Shown in pieces: positions 24,181 through 36,490 of a stretch of 64,000 bases of DNA; positions within the stretch are counted from its first letter, which is position 1, and every line of letters begins with the position of its first letter. A program made the translations under genes and the position numbers. The stretch lies in contig NC_092673.1 of NCBI RefSeq assembly GCF_964355755.1, positions 23,681,648 through 23,745,647 on the forward strand. Direction: 5' to 3'. This DNA is from Antedon mediterranea. Lineage: Eukaryota > Animalia > Echinodermata. Under the pieces are notes generated by a model that did no database searches, was not told where the DNA came from, and saw nothing but the letters and a program-made list of their open reading frames with translations.

Positions 24181-25830
24181 TCACCTTGATGGTATATTTA
24201 CATTTATTTTCAATATGTGTCTTTCTTATCATGCGTTCCCGGATATTTGGAAACTTTCATGCATTATACCGGTACCTAAGAAACCTAAGATTAACAGCAT
24301 GAATGATTTGAGACCCGTCGCACTCACGTCTGTCGCGATGAAAATATTGGAACGTATTATTTAAAAAATTATGAAACCTTATGATGAAAAAGTGTTAGAC
24401 CCGTTGCAATTTGCTTACCGATCACTCCGTAGTACCAGTGATGCGATATATTTTAAATTACATAAATTGTATTCACATCTAGATAATGTAAAGAAAGGCT
24501 ACTCGGCACGTGTTATGTATTTTGATTTTCAGTCTGCGTTTAATACCATACAACCTCATATCCTAGCAGACAAAATGTTGAATATGGAGTTTCCCCGTCC
24601 GATTGTTCGTTTAGTTTTAAATTTCATTTGTGATAGAAAACAATTTGTTAATATTAATGGTGTTAAGTCAGAAATCGTAACCTCTGACCTCAGGGTACTG
24701 TCAACGCACCTAAATTATATCTCTTGTATACGCCCGATTACAGATCTTTAAATGATGAGCTTTGCCCCGTTGTTAAATTCGCTGATGACACTTGCACTAT
24801 TGGTCTCATAGTTTCAAACAATGATGAACATTATTGTAGCGAAATACAAAGATTTGTTAAATTTTGTGACGATAATTATCTCCAAATAAATGCATCTAAA
24901 ACAAAGGAGATGATCATTGATTTTAGGACTAAACATAAATTTAATTTTCAACCAATCACTATCAAAGGTAAAGAAATTGAAATTGTTGACCAGTACAAGT
25001 ATCTAGGTATTGTTTTCAATGATAAACTGAGTTGGGGAGACCATATAGACTTCATCAGCAAAAAATTTAATCCCAGAATGTATTGTATGAGAACTTTATA
25101 TAAATTTAACTCCTGTGATTTGATGTTACTTTTTTTTTTTTTTTTTTTTTTTTATTTCTTTATTCGACAACAAGCGGTCCAGGGATTGCGACAGCAACAG
25201 AGCGCCATAACACATTTGTGTCCGCAATCCCTGTAACATACAACTTAATACAAGTTAAAAATGAATATAAAATATACAGAATATATAAAAAATTTAATTA
25301 ATTTGTATTACTGTGTTACACAATTTAAAATACACCTACTATACTTTCGTTCTATAGTTCCGTTATATGTAGTGTTTGGACGTACTGCCTCTCCTGTTGG
25401 GCTGGTAATGTTACCGGAGGGAATAAAGGACGCCTTGAAACTTTCATCCGTCGGACTGGTAAAATGATTGGTCTGGAACTGCCTTCCATTACCGATGTGT
25501 ACCTAGAACACCTCCAGAAAGATTTTGAATGCATTGAGTCGGATGCCTCTCATCCTCTCCACAATGTGATCATAGACCAACTTAATCCAAGTGCTAGATT
25601 GAGGCTCCTCAGTGTGAAAACAAATCGATATGCCAAATCCTTTATTCCCTCCGGTATCATCCAGTACAGAACAGAAAGTCAAGAAGATAATTTTATCTGG
25701 TATTTTTTGATGTTTTTATATGAATGGTTTTATGCTATATTTGTTTTTATTGTGTTTTCTTGTTATTATGACGAGCAATGAATTTCCTTTTTGAGGATCA
25801 ATAAAAGTTATCTTATCTTATCTTATCTTA
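24181..25830 (+). mobile_element. 5'-truncated, decayed Rex1/Babar-type LINE (reverse transcriptase ORF with stop and frameshifts)
   Basis: WKLSCIIPVPKK, NDLRPVALTSVAMKILER, LDPLQFAYR, DFQSAFNTIQP, PQGT, KFADD, SKTKEMIIDFR, YKYLG, SHPLH, TNRYAKSFIP. In-frame TAA at 24362, frameshift near 24685. 3' AATAAA followed by (TCTTA)n tail. Confidence 0.9.
25131..25340 (-). mobile_element. 210-bp poly(A)-tailed retro-insertion inside the LINE
   Basis: Poly-T preceded on the minus strand by AATAAA twice; TACT duplicated at 25127-25130 and 25337-25340; removing it restores ATG TTA CTA TAC TTT CGT; internal stem CAGGGATTGCG / CGCAATCCCTG. Confidence 0.8.
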
Positions 25831-26065
25831 CAGAACTGATTAACTTTGTTAAAAATACAAAATGGTCTATTTAAAGTCTGATTTTATTAATCTTCATTTT
25901 TCATGTTTTTTGGGGACAATACATCTTTAAGTTGAAATACAAATACAAACGTAAGAAAATAATCAATCACCCAGATCACTCAGTAGCACTCAATAGATTC
26001 TCGCTTATTTTGTTTTTATTTTCCCCCATTCTGACGTCACCGACGATTTAGCTTAAAATGTATTA

Positions 26066-26155
26066 TTAGTCGCGTGCGTGCAACGCGACTCTACAGCTCA
26101 CTATGTCAGTCGGTTGGTTGAGCACGCGACTGCAGCCATGTATATGGCCTTGTTT
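26066..26155 (+). mobile_element. Minimal Helentron-associated element (HINE/DINE-1-like)
   Basis: subTIR AGTCGCGTG with adjacent IR ACGCGACT, short GTCGGTTGGT repeat, subTIR CACGCGACT, 3' palindrome GCCATGTATATGGC, ending CTTGTTT. Confidence 0.7.
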
Positions 26156-28750
26156 AGTGAGCGTAGTAATTGACTTTTAAATACATATTTCAGGAAATTT
26201 TACTTTTAAATTATCTGCAATTTACAATTTTAAAATACATTTTTATTTTATTTTTCTTTAAAAGTTTTCGTAGAATGAAATTATACTTTCAAAGGATTTG
26301 TGTTGTGTATCATCGATATTTTATTCTCACAATTCCACTTTACAACGGGAAATGATAAACATTAACCATTCTGTCTTTTTGTTAGACTTCAATAGATGCT
26401 AGTTTCAGACATGATGGTTGTGATTGAAATTCTGTATCCATTATGTTATATTAACTATTTAAACAAGAAATATTTCTTACAAAAAAACGCTGCTCGACAT
26501 TTTAAAATTAATCATTGTTCTTTCTTCAGATATATTTATGATTAATTATTAAAAAGATGTCCTTTATTCGCAAAAATACATAAAAATCAAAGATAGTTCT
26601 TTAATTATGATTTACATGCCCATTTAAAAATGGTCAATTTTGAACTTTAATGTGCTGTGTGTGTGTGACCTCAAAATGTTGGTATGCAACTGAATACCCT
26701 CTAGAGACAACGAGACACAATTTTTCCCAGTCTGTGTATTCGCGTTAACCAATCAAAGGGCGAGAATTCAAAATAGTTCAACCGTGAGCTCTCATAGACT
26801 CTCTTTTCCCAGACGTTTTTTGGGTCCAGCAGCTGGGATCTACAAATTAATTATATTCGAGTTTACAAATTCGCAAAACTGTCGGCCTTAGATACTATAA
26901 CTGCTGCTTACTTTAGCTTCTGAATGAGTAGTCCTCATGAGACGTAGCTGGCTACAGCAGCAGCGTGAATAATGAAACGCTCAGAAAGCATAGGCAAGCA
27001 TTTGCAGACAGCGACAGAGTGCGCATTGTTTATTATTTCTGCCAACATTAAAGATACAGATAACTCGAGATTTTAATTAGGTTGTGTGACCTCACCAATA
27101 TATCGATTTTCATTTTTAACAAAAACAAACCAGTAGACATGATCCTCTGTTGGTTTTTAGAAAAAATCATATAAACCAAGTTACTATGTCACACGGCATC
27201 TTCGATCTATTTACAAACCAAGTAAATGTAGTTTTTGTAAATAAAATTATTATTATTATTATTATTATTGTTGCCGCCTTTAATGGTTGTGGTAGCTTTT
27301 GGCCTACCGTAAGTAAAATCAGTACCCTTTTTAGTTTTTTTTCTCCTAGGAAAATGAATAACTTTATCAAAATTGCAAAATGACCTATCAACGTTAATGT
27401 ATTGTTTATATTTTTTGGGAGATACTGTACATCTTTTATTTCATACATATACCATTTTGTACAATACTATACAAACGTGTTGGACTTGAAAATGCAGTAA
27501 ACGTTTCTATTTGGTTTTCCTCAATTTAGAGTGTCTTAAAAGCTTAGATATACATGTTTTCCAACAACCTTTACATAATATTTATAAAACTCAGAACCTG
27601 AAGTGTAAATGTAAACAAAAATAAATTCCTTGACGTAATATCTAAGCTTCTGTACCAGTGTTTTGAATTGTTATTCAAGTGAAGATGCATTAGATTATTA
27701 TCGATATAAGGGGTGACTGTGACAATTCTAGTTAACGTTAAACGACGTGTAAACTAAAACCGCACACTAGGTTCACGTCACTCAAGCCTTTCTCAGATAT
27801 AAGATGTATTAAAACTGAAGGTTCAAAAGTTTGTGCATCTTTGTGAAAGGAGTTAATCTGAAAATTTGACGGGAAATATTAATAATTTTGATGACTATAA
27901 TCAGTTTAAAAAACAATTAAATAATTGTTACTAACAGAATGATGATGATGATTATGAGTTTATCATACAAATGTACGCTATATAAGTCTTGATGTTAATG
28001 TCAAATATTTATTCATTTACTATTTATTTTAGAATTAGAAATATTCAGGCATAAAAAATATCCAAGCAGTACAGTATTGTTATTAAAGCGGGCATAGTGC
28101 AGAGCTTTTGTATTATAACCCTAATAAAACTGGTTAGGATTATACTGTTAATACATGCGGATTAAAACAATAAAATACAAGTTATCTTCAACGTCTAAAA
28201 AAAAGAACCAAACGCGGCTGTTTCCGTGTTGATATCGAATACAAATTAACTGAAACAACTTATTTATAATAACTTACCATCACAATTATATGGACTATAT
28301 TTTTTATACAAAATTGATTCAATTAGAAACATTTATAAATCAAATATGAAATTGGTAGAGATTAAAATATTTTATATAAACCTTTATTTAATTTATAAGG
28401 AGATAGATATGTTGTTTTTGTTTGATTTTAATTTAATTTTATTATGTTTTCCCTTGTAATGTCTTATATAATAAAATAAAAAAACCAAAAAAAACAGTTA
28501 AAGTTAAAAAAAAAGATACTAACCAAATACAGTGATTTTGATCAAGATTGTAAAAAAAAATTATAGTTGAACCACTCTTTTTAAACACCCCTATTTAGCG
28601 GTCACCTATTCAATGTATTTTTATACTTTTATAAATGTTGCCAATTTTTATTGTATATTATTATATGTATATTATTATATAAATAAATGTTCGGTTCAAT
28701 GTAACCGTCTAGAAAGTGCTCAATACGGTAAAGTAGAGCTAAAATATATA

Positions 28751-28799
28751 GTCTCCTGATGAGTGAGTTGCACGACTCACGAAACAAGCCTGTAGAGAC
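28751..28799 (+). ncRNA. Type I hammerhead ribozyme with intact core; predicted cleavage after A28794 (GUA)
   Basis: GTCTC-CTGATGA-GTGAGT(TGCACG)ACTCAC-GAA-ACA(AGCC)TGT-A-GAGAC: all three helices pair and the core matches consensus; helix I can extend via 28731-28741 with 28807-28818. Confidence 0.88.
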
Positions 28800-29656
28800 C
28801 AAACTGTAGTTTTTACTTCTTTTCCAGACTCAACGTATATATTATTATATATATATTATTTTTATAACTTTTAAATATTGTCTGTACTTTTTTAAAAATG
28901 TTTTAAACATGATGATTTTCTGATTTTTATTTTTATATAAATTAGACCATTAAAAGATGAATTAAATTGAATGAACTAACGAAGATAATATAATGTGTTA
29001 ACGCTACAGCCAACCCCTGGGCAGAAGACACCCCTATCTATGGAAAACGTTGTTGGTCTCAAAGGTTTTCCATACAGTAGATGTATCTCCGTTTGGGAAA
29101 ATTATGATGATTGTAAACTTAAAGTAAAACTTGGCAATTGTTAATCAAATATCTTGATATTCATTAACATGTTATGTGTTATTATAAAAAATATAAATAA
29201 TAATAGTTAGTTAATTATTAATTAATTTTAAACACCTGTTCTTTTCGTATTGTTATGACTATTATTTTCATTATTATGATAATACATATCATAACAGTCA
29301 TATATAATAAACGTGTTTTGGAATTTTTTTGTAGTTATAAATTCACGGCTTAAACTCAGTTTTAATCATTCACTATTTTGTTGACGATTAAAACGTACCG
29401 ACGAATCTATCCATTTCAGTGGCACATTTAGGTAAGTATCATAAACGTTTAATATCGAATTTAGAGTGAAATACACTCTTCCCTGATTAAACGCGTCAAC
29501 TCTTATCTACATTTCGTAAGCATTATTAAACGTTTAATATGTTGTTGACGAGTTAAATGTATCGAATATATCACCCAGGCTCCATAACAAAATGATGGAA
29601 ATCTTGAGATGATCTGATTCCAGTGTCTTTTTTTGTGTGTGTTTGCATTTTTAAAA

Positions 29657-29974
29657 TCTGTACGGTACGTGTGGTACATGTTCAATCTGTACGGTACATG
29701 TTCAATCTGTACGGTACATGTTCAATCTGTACGTGTTCAATCTGTACGGTACGTGTTCAATCTGTACGTGTTCAATCTGTACGGTACCTGTTCAATCTGT
29801 ACGTGTTCAATCTGTACGGTACGTGTTCAATCTGTACGTGTTCAATCTGTACGGTACCTGTTCAATCTGTACGTGTTCAATCTGTACGGTACCTGTTCAA
29901 TCTGTACGTGTTCAATCTGTACGGTACGTGTTCAATCTGTACGGTACCTGTTCAATCTGTACGTGTTCAATCTG
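29657..29974. repeat. Minisatellite of alternating 20-bp and 15-bp units
   Basis: GTTCAATCTGTACGGTAC(A/G/C)T and GTTCAATCTGTACGT; explains the ORFs at 29623-30060. Confidence 0.95.
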
Positions 29975-30554
29975 ATGTACCTACAGTAGAACGTTTATTA
30001 ATTCGGTGCAGAGTTAATCACGCGTTAAATCTGTATCTACAGTTCATTAATCAATTTTAGTGTACACATAACTCTAACCAGAATATTGTTTTATTACTGT
30101 ATTTCATGAAATTGTTCTATTTAAATATTAATTTGTCCCCGAATGTCCAGACTTCTATATTAGGCCTATGAAGTGTCACTCTTTAATAATAGTTTTACCG
30201 TTTAGCGCATAGCATGTATAGATACCGGTAATTTAGAAATAGCATATCGTTTGTTTGACATTGTTGTGGTGTTCACCATACGAAAATTCCTACTTAAAAA
30301 GATTTATAAGAAAAGTCAAATTAAATGCAGGTTACACACAGTTGTCATTTTAAGTCAAAAGGAGTCTTAAGAGACTAATCTAGTGTGAATTTGAAAAAAA
30401 CAAAAAATAACAAGCAAAATAAAAACAAACAAACGGTACTGTAGTTTAGTTCCATGATATACAATTATTCCGTATTTCTGAACATTGGCCAATGAGAAAG
30501 AAGATTCTAAATTTATTCATTGGATCAAAACTTTCAACAAATTAAGTTTCACCG

Positions 30555-30730
30555 AGTTGACCCCGGAAGTAAACAGTGACTTAGAAAATAATTATACGCT
30601 CTGCTGGCTGCTGGCTGCTGAACTTGAAATGTCAAAAGTGAAAATTTGTACGTGGCCGGCTCAGAACGAAGAACAAGCTTCAATATTTATCTTTTAATGC
30701 AATTATTATTCAGTTTTATATAGCAGTAAG
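30555..30730 (+). promoter_or_regulatory. Probable FAM20B promoter and non-coding first exon
   Basis: ETS-type CCGGAAGT at 30563-30570, locally GC/CpG-richer sequence, candidate donor GTAAGC at 30726, ~1 kb before the acceptor at 31693-31694. Confidence 0.45.
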
Positions 30731-31749
30731 CATGTCCTTTAGCATGTATGGTTTTTAAAATTTCAATTGATAGTTCGTAACTGCTGAAAGTATTGCATTA
30801 TTCCTCTTAATAAGCTAGGCCTAGCTGTTTTCAGTGTTTACTGTATTCATGACGTGAGTTGGCAGGGGAAACTGAATGGGAGCCTGTATGTTCCATTAGG
30901 TTTTCGTGTATCATTCTACCTTCATTTATGAGGGCCTAGCGCAGAGAAATTACGCTGCAATATGCTTGTTTGACTGAGTTGAGATATTAATGCAAAGAAG
31001 CTGTTCATTTGGTTTTTGCGCAATGCATTTAATTATATATAATATACTAATTACTATAGATTGTATAGCCTAGCTAGGCCAGGCCCAAGAAGCCGTTAAT
31101 TTGATTGTTGCACAATTCAATGCATGTAATTATATAGCCTAGCCCTAGGCCAAGAAGCAAAACCATTATTTTATTTATAATAAGGTTTATCACAAATAGT
31201 TTTGAGTTCACAAAAGAATCGTGCATGCTGAGAAGGGTTCTGGAGCAAACGCCATGGCGCGTAACAAATAACATATGTACACGTTATTTTTTATAACGTT
31301 TACTCCCAAATCCTTCCCACCCAAATCCTTCCCACCATGACTGTGTCAAGCATGCTATTTGTGACAAACATTATCCCCTGCCCTGTGTGTAATGTAATAC
31401 ACAAAGATTTGCATATAAATTAGAACATTAGGGGCCTATTTGAAAATGCTTTCTATGTTTATATTGCCACATGATTCACTGTGCTTTTATAGGTACAGTA
31501 CGTGTGCTCTCTTGAAGCCCAGCCTACAGAGCCAATTTGCCGAAAAGGACAACATTTTTTGTCACCAAAATGGCTATCTGGTGATACTGTAAAGCAATAC
31601 ATCTTTCAACTCATAAAATATTCTCGCCATCCAACTCATAAAAATCATTTGTCATAATAACACTGCAAAGCAATTCTACTTTTATTCTTTACAGATGTTG
31701 AGTGAATTTTGAATATCTTAAAGGAGGATTTGTTTTGCAGACAAGTGAA

Positions 31750-32387
31750 ATGCGTCTAAAGAAGAAAAAGTTAGTTTTATGGACGGTGACTTTGATAATA
31801 GCATGGTTTCTTGTAATTGTTGTTATTTTCCCGTCAAGCAACATGAACTCCTCTTCCAATACATCACAGAAAAACACTATTTGGAACATTCTAAAATTAG
31901 TTGCAAGTAAACGGACGTTAAATATAGGAAAGTCAAATTCAGCTAGTAAGGGAAGTAGAATTATTCCAGAAGCCGAAGGTGTTTATAAACGAAGAGTCGA
32001 TGAAATCTTCTTGAATGCAAACTCAAAAGAACGAAAGCAAACAAAATCATTTAGTCCCGAATTAAATAGCCATAATGATAGTATTCAAAGTCAACCGAAG
32101 GTTTTCAAACAGCCTATGCGTACTGAGAAAAAAAAATACATTCTTGAAGATGATTTGTCTATGAAAAAGTTAGTGGGTAATTCCGATTTTAAAAAGATTT
32201 GGGATATTGCTACTAAATGGGTATCGGGCAGACATATAATACCAGAAAATGCACCTGAATTAGGAGATGTCTTGCACGCCATGGCAACAAGACCAATAAC
32301 AAAAGCAGATGTAGGTTACAAAGGAACTCAACTGAAGGTCACCTTGTATCTAGCCGGAGGTCAAGTTGTGGTTTTCAAGCCTAAAAG
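31750..32387 (+). CDS. FAM20B: Glycosaminoglycan xylosylkinase, coding exon 1
   Basis: [11 protein letters not shown] followed by a hydrophobic type II anchor; [33 protein letters not shown]; donor AG|GTAACT. Confidence 0.92.
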
Positions 32388-32550
32388 GTAACTAGATCTA
32401 AACAAGAGTCAGTATGATGAATGTGTTAGTCCATTTGAATCAAATCAAAATTAACAAAAAGCTTTCGATTGAGAATATTTATTTAAGTTTTAAAAACCAT
32501 GATCAAAAAGAGATGAAGATCAATAAACAGATAATAAAAATAATCTATAA

Positions 32551-32820
32551 TGAGTGAGTGACCGGGCGGTTAAGACGGTGGAACCTAATTACTTAGCCAG
32601 GGTTCGAGGCTCACTCGCTCCATGGTTATGGTGGTACTGTAGATAATACTAATAAACTGTAGGTCCAGTGTACACATATGCACTTTAAAAACCTAGTACT
32701 GCACATCTTTCGAGAGGAGTAGGGAGTTATCCCGGTTTAATAGTACACAAACAGCTACTGTCACTCACAGCCACTGATCATAACTGGGCTCTCTGGGAGA
32801 CCAGTTTATGACTGAAAAAA
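32551..32820 (+). mobile_element. tRNA-derived SINE with Deu/Nin-like domain
   Basis: A box TGACCGGGCGG, B box GGTTCGAG; AAACTGTAGGTCC...GCACTTTAAAAACC...TTCGAGAGGAGTAGGG...CCCGGT; 3' hairpin and A-tail. Confidence 0.65.
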
Positions 32821-33666
32821 AAAGAGCATTATATAATACAGTAGTATTAAGGGGATAAGTTTGTTTCCCAATAAATGGTCCCTTAGTAGGGGTGCCCTTA
32901 AGCAGGGGTGTCTCAAAGGAGGCGGTTCAACTGTATTAATAATAAACAACAATCATCTGTAAAACATAGCTTATTGCTAGAAGGAGTGTTATAGCAGTTA
33001 AATAAGTGATTTTTCATGGGAGTGCGAACCAATACTGTAGCGGCTGTGATATGGTTAGTGACAATTTATTTAGACGAAACATTTGTTTAGCTCTGCAGTG
33101 TAATTGAAGAGGAATACAGATTATAAAGTCTGCTGCTTTTGTCACCTATGGTTTTACATTAACATTAGACTGAAAGAAAGAGTACTTAGCCCTAAATTGA
33201 AACTGTAATTTTATGATGTCATTTAGTGTAAATGATGTTGACATTTAAACAAGATTAATAAGGTCAAATACAGAAATAAAACTGTGAATCTGATGTAAAT
33301 TCTAATTACCCTAATTTCTGTCCCATTAAAATTTACTTTCAGATGCAGTGCTACTAGATAAGGGTCAATATTTAAATCAAAAATTTTTTAAATTATAATT
33401 AAAATTGTTTGTTTTTAGACTAGAGAATAACCTCTAGAACTTGATTGCCTCAAGCCTCAATCGTTGAAATCAGACCAGTTCAATTTAGGAAAACAAAAAC
33501 ACATTTTAATTTAGCGCGCTCATGTTAGGCCAAGATAAGCACAGAATTTTCAAAGGTTTTGCATATTTACCATTGTAACTTGTAAGAAGGATGAAATAAT
33601 AGAAGAAATATTGAAATACAAGCTTTAAATTAACATAACAGTTGTTGCAGCTATAACTGTTAGTTT

Positions 33667-33945
33667 TTAAAGATGTATTGTCTCCCAAAAACATTAAATT
33701 TGAAGATTAATAAAATCAGACTTTAAATAGGCCATTTTGCAGTTTTAATAAAGTTATGCACTTCTTTAAAAAAGAAAATTTAATTTTAACCAAAACAAAT
33801 TGTCTGACAGACAACTTAAGTATTTTTTGCTTTAAATGTTTTTTTTCTCTCGATTCAGTTTTTGGTCAAAACGAATAACTGTTATGTGACATTAATGGGA
33901 TATTCCAAAAAAAAAAAAATGTTTTAAGGGGAAAAATATATTTAA
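33667..33945. mobile_element. TTAA-flanked Kolobok-like MITE, inverted and degenerate copy
   Basis: TTAA|AGATGTATTGTCTCC...GAAGATTAATAAAATCAGACTTTAAATAG is the reverse complement of 25860-25930. Confidence 0.8.
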
Positions 33946-34252
33946 CCATTTAAATAATGAATAATCACATGTGCATGATTAATCATTACCGTAACCAAGC
34001 GGCCAATCACAATGCAAAAATTTGTCCTTAAAATTATCGCATTTATTGGATAATATCTGATTTGAATGAGATAATTATCGGTTAGTTTTTCTCGAGTGGG
34101 AATCGGTCCCCATTTCCACAGGAAATTTATTGATTCATTATCGGTTGATTTTTTAATACATGTTGTGAATGTTAGAATACAAATAAAAGAAATAAACACA
34201 ATAAAAGAAAAAAGTTTTCATTTAACCAAAACAAATTTAATATTGTTTCTAG

Positions 34253-34339
34253 ATTTTCTCGAGACCATGTTATTGAAGGGTCACCTGTGGCTGGTTATGA
34301 TAGGCATAATGGTGAGATTGCAGCATTTCACCTGGACAG
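34253..34339 (+). CDS. FAM20B: Glycosaminoglycan xylosylkinase, coding exon 2
   Basis: TTTCTAG| then (R)[28 protein letters not shown](R) then |GTAAGT; phase 2/2. Confidence 0.95.
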
Positions 34340-36490
34340 GTAAGTCTGGATACTGATGAATGATCAGATCTTAAGCCTTGTTCGCAATGGACCGGTAAAT
34401 TTAACCAAGGTATTCTTTACCCAAGGCCATCAGTAAATTTGACGCTAACTAATTTCACGCAGTAAGTGTTACTATGGTTTTACCAAAATGTAAATGTGAT
34501 GTTAAAAAAAATACAATGCACTTGAGACTGAGAGGCATGTTCGGATTAGCCTTTTTAGCTGGCGTGGTTATTTTTACCGAAACCATGGTCAATTCTACTC
34601 GACAGGCGGTTGTTGGTAAATGTAACCATTGGACTTTGGTAATTTAAGTCGGGGCATTATTGATATTTTACCAAATGCGTAAGGAGATTAATTAATGTCT
34701 TGCATGTTAAGTTGTCAGTAACACCAAGGTTGGCAAAATCAAACGCTATTTGCCAACATGCAACGCACAAGCCCCGGCCACTTTGTAAATAAATCGATCT
34801 GCGCAAGAATTACGAAAAACTTTAGTTCTGTGCGTCGAGAACGTTATTTCTGAAAAATGGCGTCAATGAAAACGTTAGCCAAAGTGTATCGAAACGATCT
34901 TTTTTTATCACCTAAAAATGTGTTCTATTCTACACTTCCCGTCAAAATGAAAAGAACAAGTACGTTGCACAACTGTTGACTTAACGTACGCGGTTATGCA
35001 AATGAGTAGAATTTTGATCATCTGTTATAGTTAACGTTTACATGCTCCTGCGAAAGCTTCGTATTGACTTAGAGACATACGGAAAAACAAATTACACAAT
35101 CTGATTCAAGTATTAACAATTTCTGAAAAATTTGGAATAGAATTTTTTTTTCTACAAAATTTGAATAATTTATTTGCCTTTGAATTGCATCCAACGTGTT
35201 TATTACAATTTCTATTTTCTTCATTTTGCATGTTTGCTTGTAGGCTGCTGTTGATGAATTTAATCAGTAAGAAAATTGTACATTTCGTTTTGAATAGAAA
35301 ACATTAGGAGTGCTTCACAACAATAGAGTGCTCGAGGAAATAGTAATATAAATTTACCAAATCAATAATAATTATGTTTTTAATATTATAACATTTTATA
35401 TGGTAATTAAGACAATCTCATAAAAGTGTTTCTAGATTGTAAATTGCATCATGATTGTCTTTTTACAAAGCTTTAAAAATGAAAACAAAAACACCCTAAT
35501 ATTAGGCATTCCTTCCTCTCAAAATCTAATCTACTGTTCCATCGTATTATTGTTAAGTGCAACCAATTTGACAGGAATAATACAGTATTAGCTTTACATT
35601 ATACAACATTGTACTGTATACAGTATAAGCTTTATTGAAATTAGCGCCGCCAAGCAGTTTATTATGATTTTATACCCAACTGGTGTTCACAGTCTATTTC
35701 GTGCCTAGCTTACCTGGATAAACCGAAAATGACCCATGCTCTCCAGAGGGAAGGCTAAGATACGAAAGTAAAAAGTTCCTAGAACACCCCTGTACCATAA
35801 TGGACTAGTTCGCAACCTTTAAAACCCAAGTTGATTTTTATGAATTAGTTTTAAAAATTAATTCTTTCTCTTTAATTTTGAGAAGTAGAATAAATATGTA
35901 CTGTACTTTATTCATTGCTGCAATGAACAGACATTGTATTTTGTCGGTATTATGTGAATTTTATACTAGGCCTACAATCTACTAATCTCACTATTAAATA
36001 TACATTAACCCAAATGTTGTGAACATTTCAATCATTCTCAAAAGATAGGCGAAGATTGTGAGCATTGATAAACATATTTATTAATATACCTATATCATTA
36101 TATATTAATTGAAAAGTCTTCAGTTAATGTGAAGTTAATGACAGATTTCTCAAAATAGACTAAATACTGTAGCTTTTTTAGGTGGTTGCCATCATCTTCC
36201 ATATTTTCAATATTGATTATTAAAAAAGTTAATCTATAACAACCTCTAACAATACATTATTGTATCAGGATGATTATTACTGGCCAGCCAACAAGATCAG
36301 ATCATTTTCAGCCTTTAGAGCTGTGTATTCACTATATGCAAACCTGGTTACAACTTGTTACAAGTTGTTAAATGCACTTTTTGCAGTGTAAAAAGGGTGT
36401 AATAAGTCTAAGATGCAGAAGCTAAAGCATGGGTCCAATAAGAATAAACCGCTTAAAGAAATTATTTTACCAACATTTTAACACAATCTT

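Larger units (their letters stand above)
23957..25930. mobile_element. TTAA-flanked Kolobok-like MITE split by a LINE insertion
   Basis: Left part 23957-24180 and right part 25831-25930 join to match the uninterrupted copy at 17278-17660; TIR AGATGTATTGTCCC / GGGACAATACATCT; TTAA on both sides. Confidence 0.85.

Noticed and set aside
26915-26990. Possible third hammerhead (CTCATGA...GAAACGCTCAGAA with GCTTCTGA pairing)
   Set aside because: Core is CTCATGA rather than CTGANGA, and helices I and II do not close properly; at most a decayed relic
29623-30060. Cys-rich repetitive ORFs and CRISPR-like appearance
   Set aside because: Minisatellite open in several frames; no unique spacers and no cas genes, in eukaryotic DNA
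31702-31749. ORF-track N-terminus of FAM20B (MNFEYL...)
   Set aside because: Begins at GTG; the ATG at 31750 matches the basic-then-hydrophobic FAM20B start
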